Shown piece after piece: positions 1 to 8,995 of a stretch of DNA of 64,000 nucleotides (the stretch's first letter is position 1; every line of letters starts with the position of its first letter). The stretch is from Trueperaceae bacterium. Lineage in GTDB: Bacteria > Deinococcota > Deinococci > Deinococcales > Trueperaceae. Both the position numbers and the translations under genes were made by a program. The stretch covers positions 3,136,001-3,200,000 of the forward strand of contig CBDCDZ010000004.1 in assembly GCA_965215565.1 (NCBI GenBank), in the 5' to 3' direction. The notes under the pieces were generated by a model. It was not told the DNA's origin. It made no database searches and was given only the letters and a program-made list of their open reading frames with translations.

Positions 1-222
1 AAGCTGCACGCGCGAGAGCGCCGCCGCGTCTCGCCCCGTTGTCGGGATGACTGTCGTGGTGCTGAGGAGCCACTCGAGTAAGGTCCTCTGCGCAGGTGTC
101 ATAAAGGAGAGCGGTTCGCCTGTTTTGCTGACTGCGCCCACCTCTAAAGGCATGTCCGGCGGACACTTGCGCCGGGTCTGAAAAATCGTGTCGTCCAAGT
201 CCAAAAAGGTCAGAATGCGCAT
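1..222 (-). CDS. HAD-superfamily hydrolase, 5' part (runs off window edge)
   Basis: Manual translation MRILTFLDLDDTIFQT...VIPTTGR contains HAD motif I (DxDxT) and TxR. ATG at 222 overlaps the stop of the preceding PRTase gene. Confidence 0.85.
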   Translation of the reverse strand, partial: MRILTFLDLDDTIFQTRRKCPPDMPLEVGAVSKTGEPLSFMTPAQRTLLEWLLSTTTVIPTTGRDAAALSRVQL

Positions 223-1370
223 AGGGTCTCCTGCATCTCTAAGGTGATGGGAATTCCACCCAGTTGTTCAGGTAGGTCGTGCTCCGAGTGAACATGTGGC
301 GTGTCGTAGCAGATGAGCACCGCGCCGTATTGACCTTTTACGACGTTGTAGAGGTAATTCGGCGTTGTCCCGTCCACGGGGTCTACAAAATATAAGATGC
401 TGCCGATACTCTCCCCTCCTAAAATAGGCGAGCGCGTCGTGCTCTGAAAGTAGACAGTATAGCCGCGCTGCTCTAAATCCAAAGCGAGGCGATAAGGCAA
501 ATGTAAATGTTCGCCTGTGCCTAGAACGAGGATGCTTTTTCCCAAAGAGAGGTCTAAGGACCCCAGCACCTCATCCAAATCTACTTTCAAAGCCGTGCGC
601 TTACCCAAACGCCCATACTCACGGCTCACCTCTACGGTTTGACCTCTTGATTCATAGCTCAAATCGGGTGGACGAAACGAGGGGTTCGGCTCAAAGGTGT
701 AGCGACCTTGAGAGAGGTTGATGCGGGTCAGCGGCGCGGGCATGTTGCGCTCAATTTTATGCGGCTCGCTCAGCCAATCGGTGAGGCTAACGAGGGCGAT
801 ATGTTCGACGTTCGGATTGAGAGTGGCGTAGCTCCGCGCGAGATTTGTCAGCGTCGTTCCGGTGCTGATTTCGTCGTCAATGAGCACGAGACTTCTCGCA
901 TTTGCAAAGATTCGCTGGCCCTCTGTATTATCTGGCTGATAGATGAGGTGCCCCGTCGCGTGCGAGTGAGGTTCGCTAAAGCTGAGAGCGACGTTCGCGT
1001 CCTCTAGCTGCGCTCTCGTCGTGTGAATGAAAAGAGACTCACCTATACCTCGTTCTAAACTCGCTTCAAAAACCCCTTGTCCTAACCCCGTCGCCGTTTC
1101 CGCCATCGCAACGAAGAGGATAGGCTCGGGAAGCTGTAATGCCGCCACCTTTTCTGCGAGTTTCTGATGAGTCGCCTTCATGGTGCTTGGCGGTACGCTC
1201 AAGTGCTTGCCTAGCACCTTACTGACGAAGAGAAACCCGCGTTTCGGGTTCGCCCGGACTGCGAAGCCGCAGAGGTCATCCAAAACCCAATCTTGATGAG
1301 AAAGCTCGAGCCTCAAGACCCCACTCGGCAATGCAATCGTTCGCACCTCACTTAATGCAGCACTACTCAT
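210..1370 (-). CDS. Phosphoribosyltransferase with C-terminal TRSP-like domain (Ter stress-response type)
   Basis: Motifs RxNPKRGFLFVSKVLGKH, AETATGLG, FSEPHSHA, PRPP-binding VLIDDEISTG, LGTGE, QSTTRSP. Confidence 0.85.
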   Translation of the reverse strand: MSSAALSEVRTIALPSGVLRLELSHQDWVLDDLCGFAVRANPKRGFLFVSKVLGKHLSVPPSTMKATHQKLAEKVAALQLPEPILFVAMAETATGLGQGVFEASLERGIGESLFIHTTRAQLEDANVALSFSEPHSHATGHLIYQPDNTEGQRIFANARSLVLIDDEISTGTTLTNLARSYATLNPNVEHIALVSLTDWLSEPHKIERNMPAPLTRINLSQGRYTFEPNPSFRPPDLSYESRGQTVEVSREYGRLGKRTALKVDLDEVLGSLDLSLGKSILVLGTGEHLHLPYRLALDLEQRGYTVYFQSTTRSPILGGESIGSILYFVDPVDGTTPNYLYNVVKGQYGAVLICYDTPHVHSEHDLPEQLGGIPITLEMQETLCAF

Positions 1371-2412
1371 GTAAGACCTCTTCTCTGACTTCTCCTAAAT
1401 TAAGCGCCACGCTCCCCATCGTCACGCGCAAGCCCGTACGCGGCTGCGGCACGTCGCCCAGTTCACACCTACCCGTAAGCAGTTGCAGCGCCCAGTGATA
1501 GAAGTCGAGCCCGCTCAGCATCGCCATCGGTAAGCCGCCGGACGCCCTGGGGTTAATCTCCAAGAGGTAAGGCGTTCCCCGCTCATCATCTTTGAACTGA
1601 ACGTTGTACACCCCCGTGAGCTTCAGTGCCTTTGTCAGCGCCGCTGCCATCTCAACGATTGCAGGATTGTCCTCCAGCACCTGCGCCGAGCCTTCCCCTT
1701 TGCGCCGCACCACGCACCGGACGAGTTCGCCCTCGTGCGCTAAGCAGTCCACGCTGCGCTCGTCGCCAGCTAAATATTGCATCACTAGGAACGCGACAGG
1801 GTTGTCGGTCTCGGTTTCTGCCATGAGGGCGCGCAGGTGCGCAGGCGAAATGATGAGCGCGTTGCGCAAGAGGTGTTCTAAGCGCACCTCGCCCAACACG
1901 CGAAAGCCACTTGCGAAGATGCCTTCGGTGGGTTTAATGCAAATTCTATAGTTTAAATTATTTGGCGAATATTTGAGTTCTTCCAGCGCCTCATCAAGCT
2001 CCGTTGCCGTTCTAATGACGCGGTGAGGTGGAATGGGGACCAGATCGGCAGGTAGAGAGGCGTAGAGCGCAGCTTTATCCTCAACAAGTTCTAAAATATT
2101 TGGCTCCGCCGCGACGAGTAGGCGCGTGCCCACCTCTTCGAACCTCGCTCGGTTTCGGGCAAGTTCACCCTTGTACCGCTCGGGAATCAGCACATCTATT
2201 TGGTGACTTTGGCACAGATTCAACGCCCATTCGAGGTAATACTCAACCTCTTGCTCGCTTATATCGGGCTCGAGCACCCTCTTGTCCGCCGCCGTAAGCA
2301 TCACTGCGTCGGCGCGTTTATGGCTTGCCGTGATGGTGTAGCCGCCTATAGCTTTCAGGCTCTGGATAAGCTGCGCGGTGCTCGAGAAGTTGTGGTTAAA
2401 CCAAATATTCAC
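1363..2412 (-). CDS. ATP-grasp domain protein (Ter-cluster type)
   Basis: Motifs CIKP, SVDCLA, NVQFK, LLEINPRASGG; overlaps the PRTase start. Confidence 0.85.
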   Translation of the reverse strand: MNIWFNHNFSSTAQLIQSLKAIGGYTITASHKRADAVMLTAADKRVLEPDISEQEVEYYLEWALNLCQSHQIDVLIPERYKGELARNRARFEEVGTRLLVAAEPNILELVEDKAALYASLPADLVPIPPHRVIRTATELDEALEELKYSPNNLNYRICIKPTEGIFASGFRVLGEVRLEHLLRNALIISPAHLRALMAETETDNPVAFLVMQYLAGDERSVDCLAHEGELVRCVVRRKGEGSAQVLEDNPAIVEMAAALTKALKLTGVYNVQFKDDERGTPYLLEINPRASGGLPMAMLSGLDFYHWALQLLTGRCELGDVPQPRTGLRVTMGSVALNLGEVREEVLHE

Positions 2413-2484
2413 GTTGTCAGCCTCTAAACGAATGACGAGAATAGGACGCTCTATTGTGAGCCCTTTAACATTCCCACCACTATA

Positions 2485-2561
2485 GCAAGTATCATTTGGT
2501 TTGAGCCAGTCTCACGCTGGAGAACATCGACGAGCACGCGCATTCTTAAATGAGATCCCGC
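2485..2561. mobile_element. MITE-like repeat family A, copy 1
   Basis: Aligns end to end with the reverse complement of 54980-55055; preceded by CTATA. Confidence 0.65.
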
Positions 2562-2563
2562 TA

Positions 2564-2639
2564 GTTCTTCGAACTGAGACTTTTGCCGGGGGCAAAACTT
2601 CGTAAGCGCTCTTCCAATTCAGTACTTCTGTGAACTGCT
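2564..2639. repeat. 76-bp repeat family B (inverted copy of 4753-4828)
   Basis: 75/76 identical to the reverse complement of 4753-4828; internal hairpin TTTTGCC-GGG-GGCAAAA. Confidence 0.9.
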
Positions 2640-2793
2640 TTATAACGCTTTTATTCCTGTGAGGTTTTCGGCTTTGAGCGAGTCCCTAAATTGGACGCTG
2701 CGATGGGGCTCACGCCCGCCTTGGCTCACGCCGCGCTGTTTGAGGAGCGCTACCAGACGCAAGGTGTCCGCGACGAAGTCCCGGTAAGACCGC

Positions 2794-2829
2794 CCACTCC
2801 TCTCATCTTTTGGAAGGTGAGAGGAGTGG
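2794..2829. terminator. Strong hairpin, possible terminator
   Basis: CCACTCCTCTCATCTT-TTGG-AAGGTGAGAGGAGTGG. Confidence 0.5.
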
Positions 2830-2881
2830 CTCTAAGTCGAATGCCGCCTTGTGCTTCCGTGTGCTCCTTACTACCCATGTG

Positions 2882-2958
2882 ATAAGCAAGGGGTTTCAAC
2901 CCCTTGCTTTGACACCCCTTGCTTTAATCTCACTGTCATTCCAGATAGAGCCACTACC
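2882..2958 (-). repeat. REP-like repeat family C, copy 1
   Basis: Reverse complement reads GGTAGTGGCTCTATCTGGAATGACAGTGA...TGTCAAAGCAAGGGGTTGAAACCCCTTGC and matches the copies at 23559 and 47446. Confidence 0.8.
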
Positions 2959-3021
2959 AAGATGAGGTAAGGTGCGTCGCTGCGACGCGCCACAGTGCCC
3001 CCGAAAAGAAGCCCACCTGCT

Positions 3022-3534
3022 TCACGAAACCAGCCGGATCGTCAGCGGATACTCGTACGGCTCGCCCTCGCTCGCCTTGACCGTCGCGACGATTGTCAAA
3101 ACGATGTGTAGCACGAAGAGGACGGGGATGAGCAAAAAGCCGATGAAAACGAAGGCTAAAAGCCCGGCAGCGACACCGTAAAGCGTCAGCGAAATCTGGA
3201 AGTTGAGCGCCTCTTTCGCTTGCTGCTCGGCGTAGGGCGACTCACCCTGTTTGATGAGCCAGATAACGAGCGGTCCCAAGATGTTGCCGAAAGGAACGCC
3301 TAGATAGAGCGATAAGCCCGAGAGGTGCGCCGCCACCGCCCAGTTGCGAGCAGCCTTGTCCGCATCTGCTGCTGACGCGGTGGTTGCACCGAGAGCGCGC
3401 CCACTCTCCGAAGCTTGCGCCGCGCCTTGAGCACCCTGCGCGTTGACCTCTTTCGAAAGCGTTACACCGTTACTCGCCAAGCCGTCACTCGTCACGCTTT
3501 CATTCGCCGTACTTTGCGTATTAGACTCGTTCAT
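3022..3534 (-). CDS. DUF4870 (Tic20-like) membrane protein
   Basis: Motifs WAVAAHLS, GPLVIWLIK, AKEALNFQIS, YEYPLTIRLV; TGcTACCTT box 6 nt before ATG. Confidence 0.85.
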   Translation of the reverse strand: MNESNTQSTANESVTSDGLASNGVTLSKEVNAQGAQGAAQASESGRALGATTASAADADKAARNWAVAAHLSGLSLYLGVPFGNILGPLVIWLIKQGESPYAEQQAKEALNFQISLTLYGVAAGLLAFVFIGFLLIPVLFVLHIVLTIVATVKASEGEPYEYPLTIRLVS

Positions 3535-3641
3535 GGCTTTAAGGTAGCAGGTTTGCTAAAGCGCGACATCAGACAAAAGTATGAAGGCGACGTGATACAA
3601 ATGACCCTTTATGGGGGAAGTCAAGGCGTTATGATACGTCT

Positions 3642-4718
3642 ATGGGGCAGTGGGTTGAAATGTGGAAAAATTCATACGTTCGTGTGCTCCTTGTCGTCGC
3701 CGTGGCGGTGCTTCTGTACTTCTTCCTCGCCGCTACAGGCGTCGTCTGGGTAAGCTTTCTCATCGCGTACACGCTCGCTTATATCGCTAATCCGATCGTG
3801 AGCAAACTGGAGCGTCTACGTGTGCCGCGTTGGGTAGGTGTGGCGCTCGGGATGCTCTTGCTCACCGCCTTGCTGAGCATGGCGTCGTTCGTTTTAGGGC
3901 GTATCGGCTTGGAGTTGTCGGGCTTTGTCGAAACGCTGCCAGCGACCGCCGCGACCGTCGAGGAGCTACCCGAGCGTATCGAGCGCAATTTATCGAGCGA
4001 GTGGCAGCCTTTCTTCCGGCAGAGCTTTAACACGCTGGAGACCTGGCTGGGTGGGCAAGCGGACCGGGCGGCGGGATGGCTTCAGACCCACAGCCGCGAT
4101 CTCATCGCAGGTTTCGCCAGCTTAGTCGGCGGCATTTTTCAGTTCTTTATCACGTTAGTGCTCACGACCTACTTACTCTACAGCTTCCCCGACTTTAGTC
4201 ACAGTTTCTTCAGGCTTTTTCCCCCGAGGCACCGAGGGGGTATCAGAGAGGTTGCCACCAAACTTGACAACGTTGTCGGAAGCTATGTGAGAGCGCAGCT
4301 TCTCGTCGCCACGCTCGTCGGGCTCTGCGTCTGGCTCGGTTTGCTGATACTAGGAATTCCGCTTCCGCTCGCTATCGGTTTTTTAGCGGGCGTCGGCAAC
4401 CTCGTACCCTTTTTAGGACCGGTCTTAGCCAGTATCCCCGCGCTGCTCCTCGCCGTAGGTGAGGGCTGGGGGCAAGCTCTCGGCACGCTCGCGCTCTTCC
4501 TCGTCGTCAACCAGGTGGACACCCACGTTTTTAGCCCGCTCATCTTATCGAAGAGCAACCATATTCACCCCGTCACGGTGATTTTAGCGGTGCTTTTGGG
4601 GCTCAGCGTGTGGGGCATTTTGGGCGCGCTCGTCGCGGTACCCGTCGCCGCTGTGATCAAACTCTTATACGAAGATTATTATTTAGAGAGCCGCTGGTAC
4701 CGAAAGTCCAAAGCGTGA
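3642..4718 (+). CDS. AI-2E (PerM) family transporter
   Basis: Multiple TM segments; motifs YVRAQL, VPFLGP, IHPVTVILAVLLG, GILGALVAVP; TATGAT 6 nt before ATG. Confidence 0.9.
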   Translation: MGQWVEMWKNSYVRVLLVVAVAVLLYFFLAATGVVWVSFLIAYTLAYIANPIVSKLERLRVPRWVGVALGMLLLTALLSMASFVLGRIGLELSGFVETLPATAATVEELPERIERNLSSEWQPFFRQSFNTLETWLGGQADRAAGWLQTHSRDLIAGFASLVGGIFQFFITLVLTTYLLYSFPDFSHSFFRLFPPRHRGGIREVATKLDNVVGSYVRAQLLVATLVGLCVWLGLLILGIPLPLAIGFLAGVGNLVPFLGPVLASIPALLLAVGEGWGQALGTLALFLVVNQVDTHVFSPLILSKSNHIHPVTVILAVLLGLSVWGILGALVAVPVAAVIKLLYEDYYLESRWYRKSKA

Positions 4719-4752
4719 TACGGTTTCCGGTTGAATACGAAACGTTCTGTAT

Positions 4753-4828
4753 AGCAGTTCACAGAAGTACTGAATTGGAAGAGCGCTTACGAAGTTTTGC
4801 CCCCGGCAAAAGCCTCAGTTCGAAGAAC
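4753..4828. repeat. 76-bp repeat family B (inverted copy of 2564-2639)
   Basis: Direct comparison shows one mismatch. Confidence 0.9.
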
Positions 4829-4942
4829 CATCCCGCTCTCAGGCAAAGCCTAGCGGGACGGCTCCGCCTGAGACTTGCTATGGAAGAACCATCCCGCTCT
4901 CAGGCAAAGCCTAGCGGGACGGCTCCGCCTGAGACTTGCTAT
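4822..4942. repeat. Perfect tandem duplication of a 60-bp structured unit (period 61)
   Basis: GAAGAACCATCCCGCTCTCAGGCAAAGCCTAGCGGGACGGCTCCGCCTGAGACTTGCTAT at 4822-4881 and 4883-4942. Confidence 0.95.
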
Positions 4943-4988
4943 ATTTGACCCAAGTGGAAGAGCCGTCAGCAAGAGGTATCATTTGCAA

Positions 4989-5170
4989 ATAAAAGCTACG
5001 GGTGGCTGTAAGGGCACCGTACGCAGTCGCGTGGTTCAAGTCCGAAGGAGACCGCGTTTCGCAAAAGCGAAAATTTCATAACACTGCGTTCCCGCTAGCC
5101 GCTGAGGACGCTGTTGCGAGCCGAAAAGGATTCTAACGAACAAAGGGCTCTTGTGTACACAAGAGCCCTT
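4989..5170 (+). ncRNA. Candidate structured non-coding RNA of unknown family
   Basis: TATCAT -10-like box at 4977-4982, nested stems folded by eye, and a terminal 28-bp perfect palindrome at 5143-5170. Confidence 0.35.
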
Positions 5171-5201
5171 GTCAAGGTTGACTAGATAAGTTAAATTAAG
5201 C

Positions 5202-5393
5202 TCAGTAGCCGTCGTATTCGCAGACCGAGCGCTGCCAAATCTTCTTGGAAACTCTGCGTAAGAGTTGGTGCTGCTTCTGCATTCCGAGCTGCTGGTTGCC
5301 CTGGATATCCTTAGCGAGTTCGATAAGCTGTTTGAGAGTTAGATCGCTGCCATCTAGGTTGTCTAATGTTTTTTCCGTTTGACCGATAACCAT
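5202..5393 (-). CDS. Small hypothetical protein (63 aa)
   Basis: Good SD (GGGGAGA) just before ATG; ends next to the 5143-5170 palindrome. Confidence 0.6.
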   Translation of the reverse strand: MVIGQTEKTLDNLDGSDLTLKQLIELAKDIQGNQQLGMQKQHQLLRRVSKKIWQRSVCEYDGY

Positions 5394-5579
5394 TATTCTC
5401 CCCTATTCCCCACGAAGATACACAAACCTACACACGTCAAAGACAAATCGTCCAACGCGCCTCCTCTCACAGCTTTTAAGGTGGTGCAAAGCGTTGTGCT
5501 GTAAGAGACAGTTTACATCACCATCTGTGAGTTTTACCAGTGTACTTTCTCACATTGTGCAAGGATTCATACCGTTTTC

Positions 5580-5666
5580 GGTTAAATACGCTACAAAGTA
5601 GCGTATTTAACCCCGAGCGGATGCGAGAATAAAGAACTACGGATTCCGCAATTATCGGAATCCGTA
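5580..5666. promoter_or_regulatory. Two perfect inverted repeats (operator or hairpin)
   Basis: GGTTAAATACGCTAC-AAA-GTAGCGTATTTAACC (5580-5612) and TACGGATTCCG-N7-CGGAATCCGTA (5638-5666). Confidence 0.45.
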
Positions 5667-5818
5667 TCACGTCCTCTTGAAGCGGTATTCGAAGCTCTCG
5701 AGCCTTAGTGATAGGATATGAAGCTCGAGCGTCCTCAATAGCTAGTCCTTGAATGCCAAAAAGACCCTTTTTCACTGATTCGACTCGCTGCCTACCCGCT
5801 CGGTTAGCGCCTCTGATT

Positions 5819-7351
5819 TCATCCCCTATATTCACCCCACTCTCGCCGCAACGCGCCGCAGATTTCACCTAGCGTCGCGCCGGCGCGAAAGGCGTCTAAA
5901 ACAGGGGGAAACATATTGCCCTCACCCCGCGCCGTCTCGCATACCTTAAAGAGTGCTCTATCCATTTCCTCTTGGTCGCGTTTCTCGCGGTACGCTTTCA
6001 CCTCGCGCTCGCGCTTTGTCTGCGTTTCGGCGGAGAGTTCTTGGATCGGCACGCCCTCTTCGGCGTCCAAGCGAAAGCGGTTGACGCCCACGACGACGCG
6101 CTCCTCTTTTTCTATCTCGCGTTGAAAACGGAACGCCGCCTCTTCGATCTCCTCTTGAATAAAGCCCGCTTCAATCGCTTTGACCGAGCCGCCCAGGTCT
6201 TCAATTTGCCTCATGAGGTCCTGCGCTTGCGCCTCTACCTCATCCGTAAGACGCTCGACGTAATAACTTCCCGCCAGAGGGTCCACCGCGTCCGTCACGC
6301 CCGACTCGTGCGCGAGGACTTGCTGCGTGCGCAAGGCGGTTCGTGCTGACTTGTCCGTAGGAAGTCCCAACGCCTCGTCCATCCCGTTCGTGTGTAAGGA
6401 CTGCGTCCCGCCCAAAACCGCCGCCAACGCCTGATACGCCGTTCTGACGACGTTGTTCTCCGGCTGCTGCGCCGTGAGCGTGCTACCGCCCGTCTGCGTA
6501 TGAAAGCGGAGCATCTGCGATTTGGACTCTTTCGCGCCGAACTCGTCGCGCATAATACGCGCCCACATCCGCCGCGCCGCTCGAAACTTAGCGACCTCTT
6601 CCAAAATATTATTGTGGCAGGCGAAGAAAAAGGAGAGACGCGGCGCGAACGTGTCCACCTCTAAGCCCGCACGGAGCGCCGCACGCACGTAAGCCCTCGC
6701 GTTCGACAAGGTAAAGGCTACCTCTTGCGCCGCCGTCGCGCCCGCCTCGCGGATGTGGTAGCCGGAAATAGAAATCGTATTCCAGTTGGGAACGTGCTCG
6801 GCGCAGTAGGCGAACATGTCGGTGATGAGTCGCATCGAGGGCTCTGTCGGGTAGATATAGGTGCCGCGCGCGATGTACTCCTTCAAAATATCGTTTTGCA
6901 CTGTGCCGCCGAGCTTTTCCGAGGACACGCCCTGCTCCTCCGCGACTAAGATGTAGAGCGCTAAAAGCATCATCGCAGGGGCGTTGATAGTCATCGAGGT
7001 AGTGACTTTATCTAAGGGAATGTCCTTGAAAAGCGTGCGCATGTCGTCCAGCGTGGCGATAGAGACGCCGACCTTGCCGACCTCGCCCCTAGCAAAAGGG
7101 TCGTCAGGGTCCATGCCTAACTGCGTCGGCAAATCAAAGGCGACGGAGAGCCCCGCCCCGCCCTGCGCTAAGAGGTAGCGGTAGCGCTCGTTGGACTCTT
7201 CCGCGGAGCCGAAGCCCGCGTATTGGCGCATGGTCCAGAAGCGCCCGGTCGAATACATCTGCGGATAGACGCCTCGAGTGTAAGGGTACTCGCCCGGCGT
7301 ACCGAGTCGCGCCTCGAGCCCTTCGGGTACCTTGTCGTAAAGGGGTTTCAT
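5819..7351 (-). CDS. Methylmalonyl-CoA mutase, substrate-binding subunit (no B12-binding domain)
   Basis: Motifs [19 protein letters not shown] (Tyr points to methylmalonyl rather than isobutyryl specificity), [24 protein letters not shown] 6 nt before ATG at 7351. Confidence 0.92.
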   Translation of the reverse strand: MKPLYDKVPEGLEARLGTPGEYPYTRGVYPQMYSTGRFWTMRQYAGFGSAEESNERYRYLLAQGGAGLSVAFDLPTQLGMDPDDPFARGEVGKVGVSIATLDDMRTLFKDIPLDKVTTSMTINAPAMMLLALYILVAEEQGVSSEKLGGTVQNDILKEYIARGTYIYPTEPSMRLITDMFAYCAEHVPNWNTISISGYHIREAGATAAQEVAFTLSNARAYVRAALRAGLEVDTFAPRLSFFFACHNNILEEVAKFRAARRMWARIMRDEFGAKESKSQMLRFHTQTGGSTLTAQQPENNVVRTAYQALAAVLGGTQSLHTNGMDEALGLPTDKSARTALRTQQVLAHESGVTDAVDPLAGSYYVERLTDEVEAQAQDLMRQIEDLGGSVKAIEAGFIQEEIEEAAFRFQREIEKEERVVVGVNRFRLDAEEGVPIQELSAETQTKREREVKAYREKRDQEEMDRALFKVCETARGEGNMFPPVLDAFRAGATLGEICGALRREWGEYRG

Positions 7352-7496
7352 CATTCAATTATATGTGGAGATGTCGGGTTTTACGCGCTGCAAAAGCATC
7401 TTTAGAACAAAATGGACAAGGAACTTCTTCAAGGACAAGCCTCTTCGCTGGAGACCCCTCGAGCTTCCTGCCCTTTCATATGCTACGCTAAACGCC

Positions 7497-7553
7497 ATGT
7501 CAGAACAAATCGGCTACTTCATCTTGCCCCCGCCCGTTTACGCCTTCCTCTAG
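7497..7553 (+). CDS. Putative leaderless leader peptide MSEQIGYFILPPPVYAFL
   Basis: TGcTACGCT extended -10 lies 7 nt before ATG; upstream of the DMT transporter. Confidence 0.5.
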   Translation: MSEQIGYFILPPPVYAFL

Positions 7554-7650
7554 GGAGTGAAACGGAATTAACTGCGTCAAATCGGCGCAGCGCCTTTGCG
7601 CTTTGCCTTCCCTATCTCTACACGACACCTCTTTACGGGAAGGACACAAG

Positions 7651-8532
7651 ATGGAAACACCGAATCCTGGGCTCTGGTTCATCGTGCTCACCGCATTTCT
7701 TTGGGGCACAATTGGGCTCACCGCTCAGTCGCTCTACAACGTTGCTGACCTAGGGGCGCTAGGGATTATCTTCTACCGCCTCGTCATCGCCATACCTGTT
7801 CTCGGACTCGCGCTCGTGAGCCTATTAGGACGCCGCGCCCTGACCTTTCGCAAGGCTGATCTCGGCGTAGTTTTCCTCATGGGTGTCGCGTTCGCCCTAT
7901 TCCAACTCGGCTACTTCGCCGCGGTCGCCCGCACTGGGGTCGCCGCTGCGACGCTCATCACGATTTGCACTGCGCCCGTGCTCGTGGCGCTTCTCTCCGC
8001 CGCGTTTTTACGCGAACGCCTTGGTACCCGCGTGCTCAGTTCGCTCGCGCTCGCCGTCGTCGGCACAGCACTTTTAGTCGACGTTCAGCCGCCGGCGCTC
8101 GCCGTGGAGGGGCAGTGGGCGCTCGGCTATCTCTCAGCGCTAGGCGCGGCGCTCTCGTACGCGCTGATGGTGCTCTCGAGCCGCCGCCTAGCCGCGCACT
8201 ATCACCCGCTGCAAGCCACCGCCCTCGCCTTCACAGTGGCAGTGCTGGTCCTTTTACCCTTCTCGCTTCAAGCGATCACCGTGCAGCTTTCGCCCGCGGC
8301 GTGGGGGCTGCTGCTTTACTTAGGGCTCGTTCCAACGGCGCTAGGTTACGTGCTCTTCGTCGTCGGGATGCGAACGACGGAGGCAACCGTGGCGAGCATC
8401 GTCACGCTCTTAGAACCGCTTACCGCGACGCTGCTGGCGTGGCTGCTGTTAGGCGAACAACTCGGGATTTGGGGGGCGCTAGGCGGAATACTTTTACTTA
8501 CGGCTATTGTGCGGTTATCGGTTAGAAGGTGA
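7651..8532 (+). CDS. EamA/DMT family transporter
   Basis: Two EamA repeats, about 10 TM segments; motifs FLWGT, LRERL, LEPLTA, LLGEQL; SD GGAAGGA before ATG at 7651. Confidence 0.9.
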   Translation: METPNPGLWFIVLTAFLWGTIGLTAQSLYNVADLGALGIIFYRLVIAIPVLGLALVSLLGRRALTFRKADLGVVFLMGVAFALFQLGYFAAVARTGVAAATLITICTAPVLVALLSAAFLRERLGTRVLSSLALAVVGTALLVDVQPPALAVEGQWALGYLSALGAALSYALMVLSSRRLAAHYHPLQATALAFTVAVLVLLPFSLQAITVQLSPAAWGLLLYLGLVPTALGYVLFVVGMRTTEATVASIVTLLEPLTATLLAWLLLGEQLGIWGALGGILLLTAIVRLSVRR

Positions 8533-8565
8533 AATACGGGCTTCCAATTGCGTTATTCTCTTTCT

Positions 8566-8961
8566 ATGAAACCTGATGCCGCCCTATTGAAAGAGATTTT
8601 AGACCGTGTTGCAAGCGTTGGTTACAGCCGCAGCTCAGTGGACGTAGATGCTTTGCGGATTAGCGACGTGCCTAAAGATAAGCTCCAATATCACGTTGAG
8701 CATCTGATAAAAGAGGGCTATTTAGACGGCTTGGTCGAAAGGTCTTATGGAGTCAACGAAACTGATATTCTCATTCAACGCATGACAGACAAGGGAGCCC
8801 TACTTCTCGAGACAACTGAGAACCCAGAGTTTTTGGAATGGGTCAAAAGTGAAACAGGTAAAGCTTTCGGGGATTTGATGGCAAGAGGTGTTCAGAGTAG
8901 TGCAGCTATCGGCTGGGCACTCGCAAAGCAGTGGTTGGCTGATAAGGGAATTACTCTTTAG
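8566..8961 (+). CDS. DUF2513-like winged-helix protein
   Basis: Pattern MKPD..LLKEIL, YHVEHLIKEGYL, MTDKG; TATTCT 6 nt before ATG; AT-richer than the flanks. Confidence 0.6.
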   Translation: MKPDAALLKEILDRVASVGYSRSSVDVDALRISDVPKDKLQYHVEHLIKEGYLDGLVERSYGVNETDILIQRMTDKGALLLETTENPEFLEWVKSETGKAFGDLMARGVQSSAAIGWALAKQWLADKGITL

Positions 8962-8995
8962 CTTATAAATCTGAGCTTTGACCTCTCAGAGAAAG

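Noticed and set aside
2691..2882. 63-aa ORF or gene remnant
   Set aside because: Reads through a terminator-like hairpin; possibly a fragment, but I cannot assign it.
4822..4942. CRISPR array
   Set aside because: Only two 60-bp units, no spacer, and no cas genes in the window.
5028..5046. tRNA gene around GGTTCAAGTCC
   Set aside because: No cloverleaf or acceptor stem; the T stem is only 2 bp.
5102..5126. Hammerhead ribozyme (CTGAGGA...GAAA)
   Set aside because: Stem II would close with C-C, and no stem I/III or NUH site can be built.
5518..5868. 116-aa ORF in the track
   Set aside because: Overlaps the mutase 3' end, runs through long palindromes, and has no start signals or recognisable domain.
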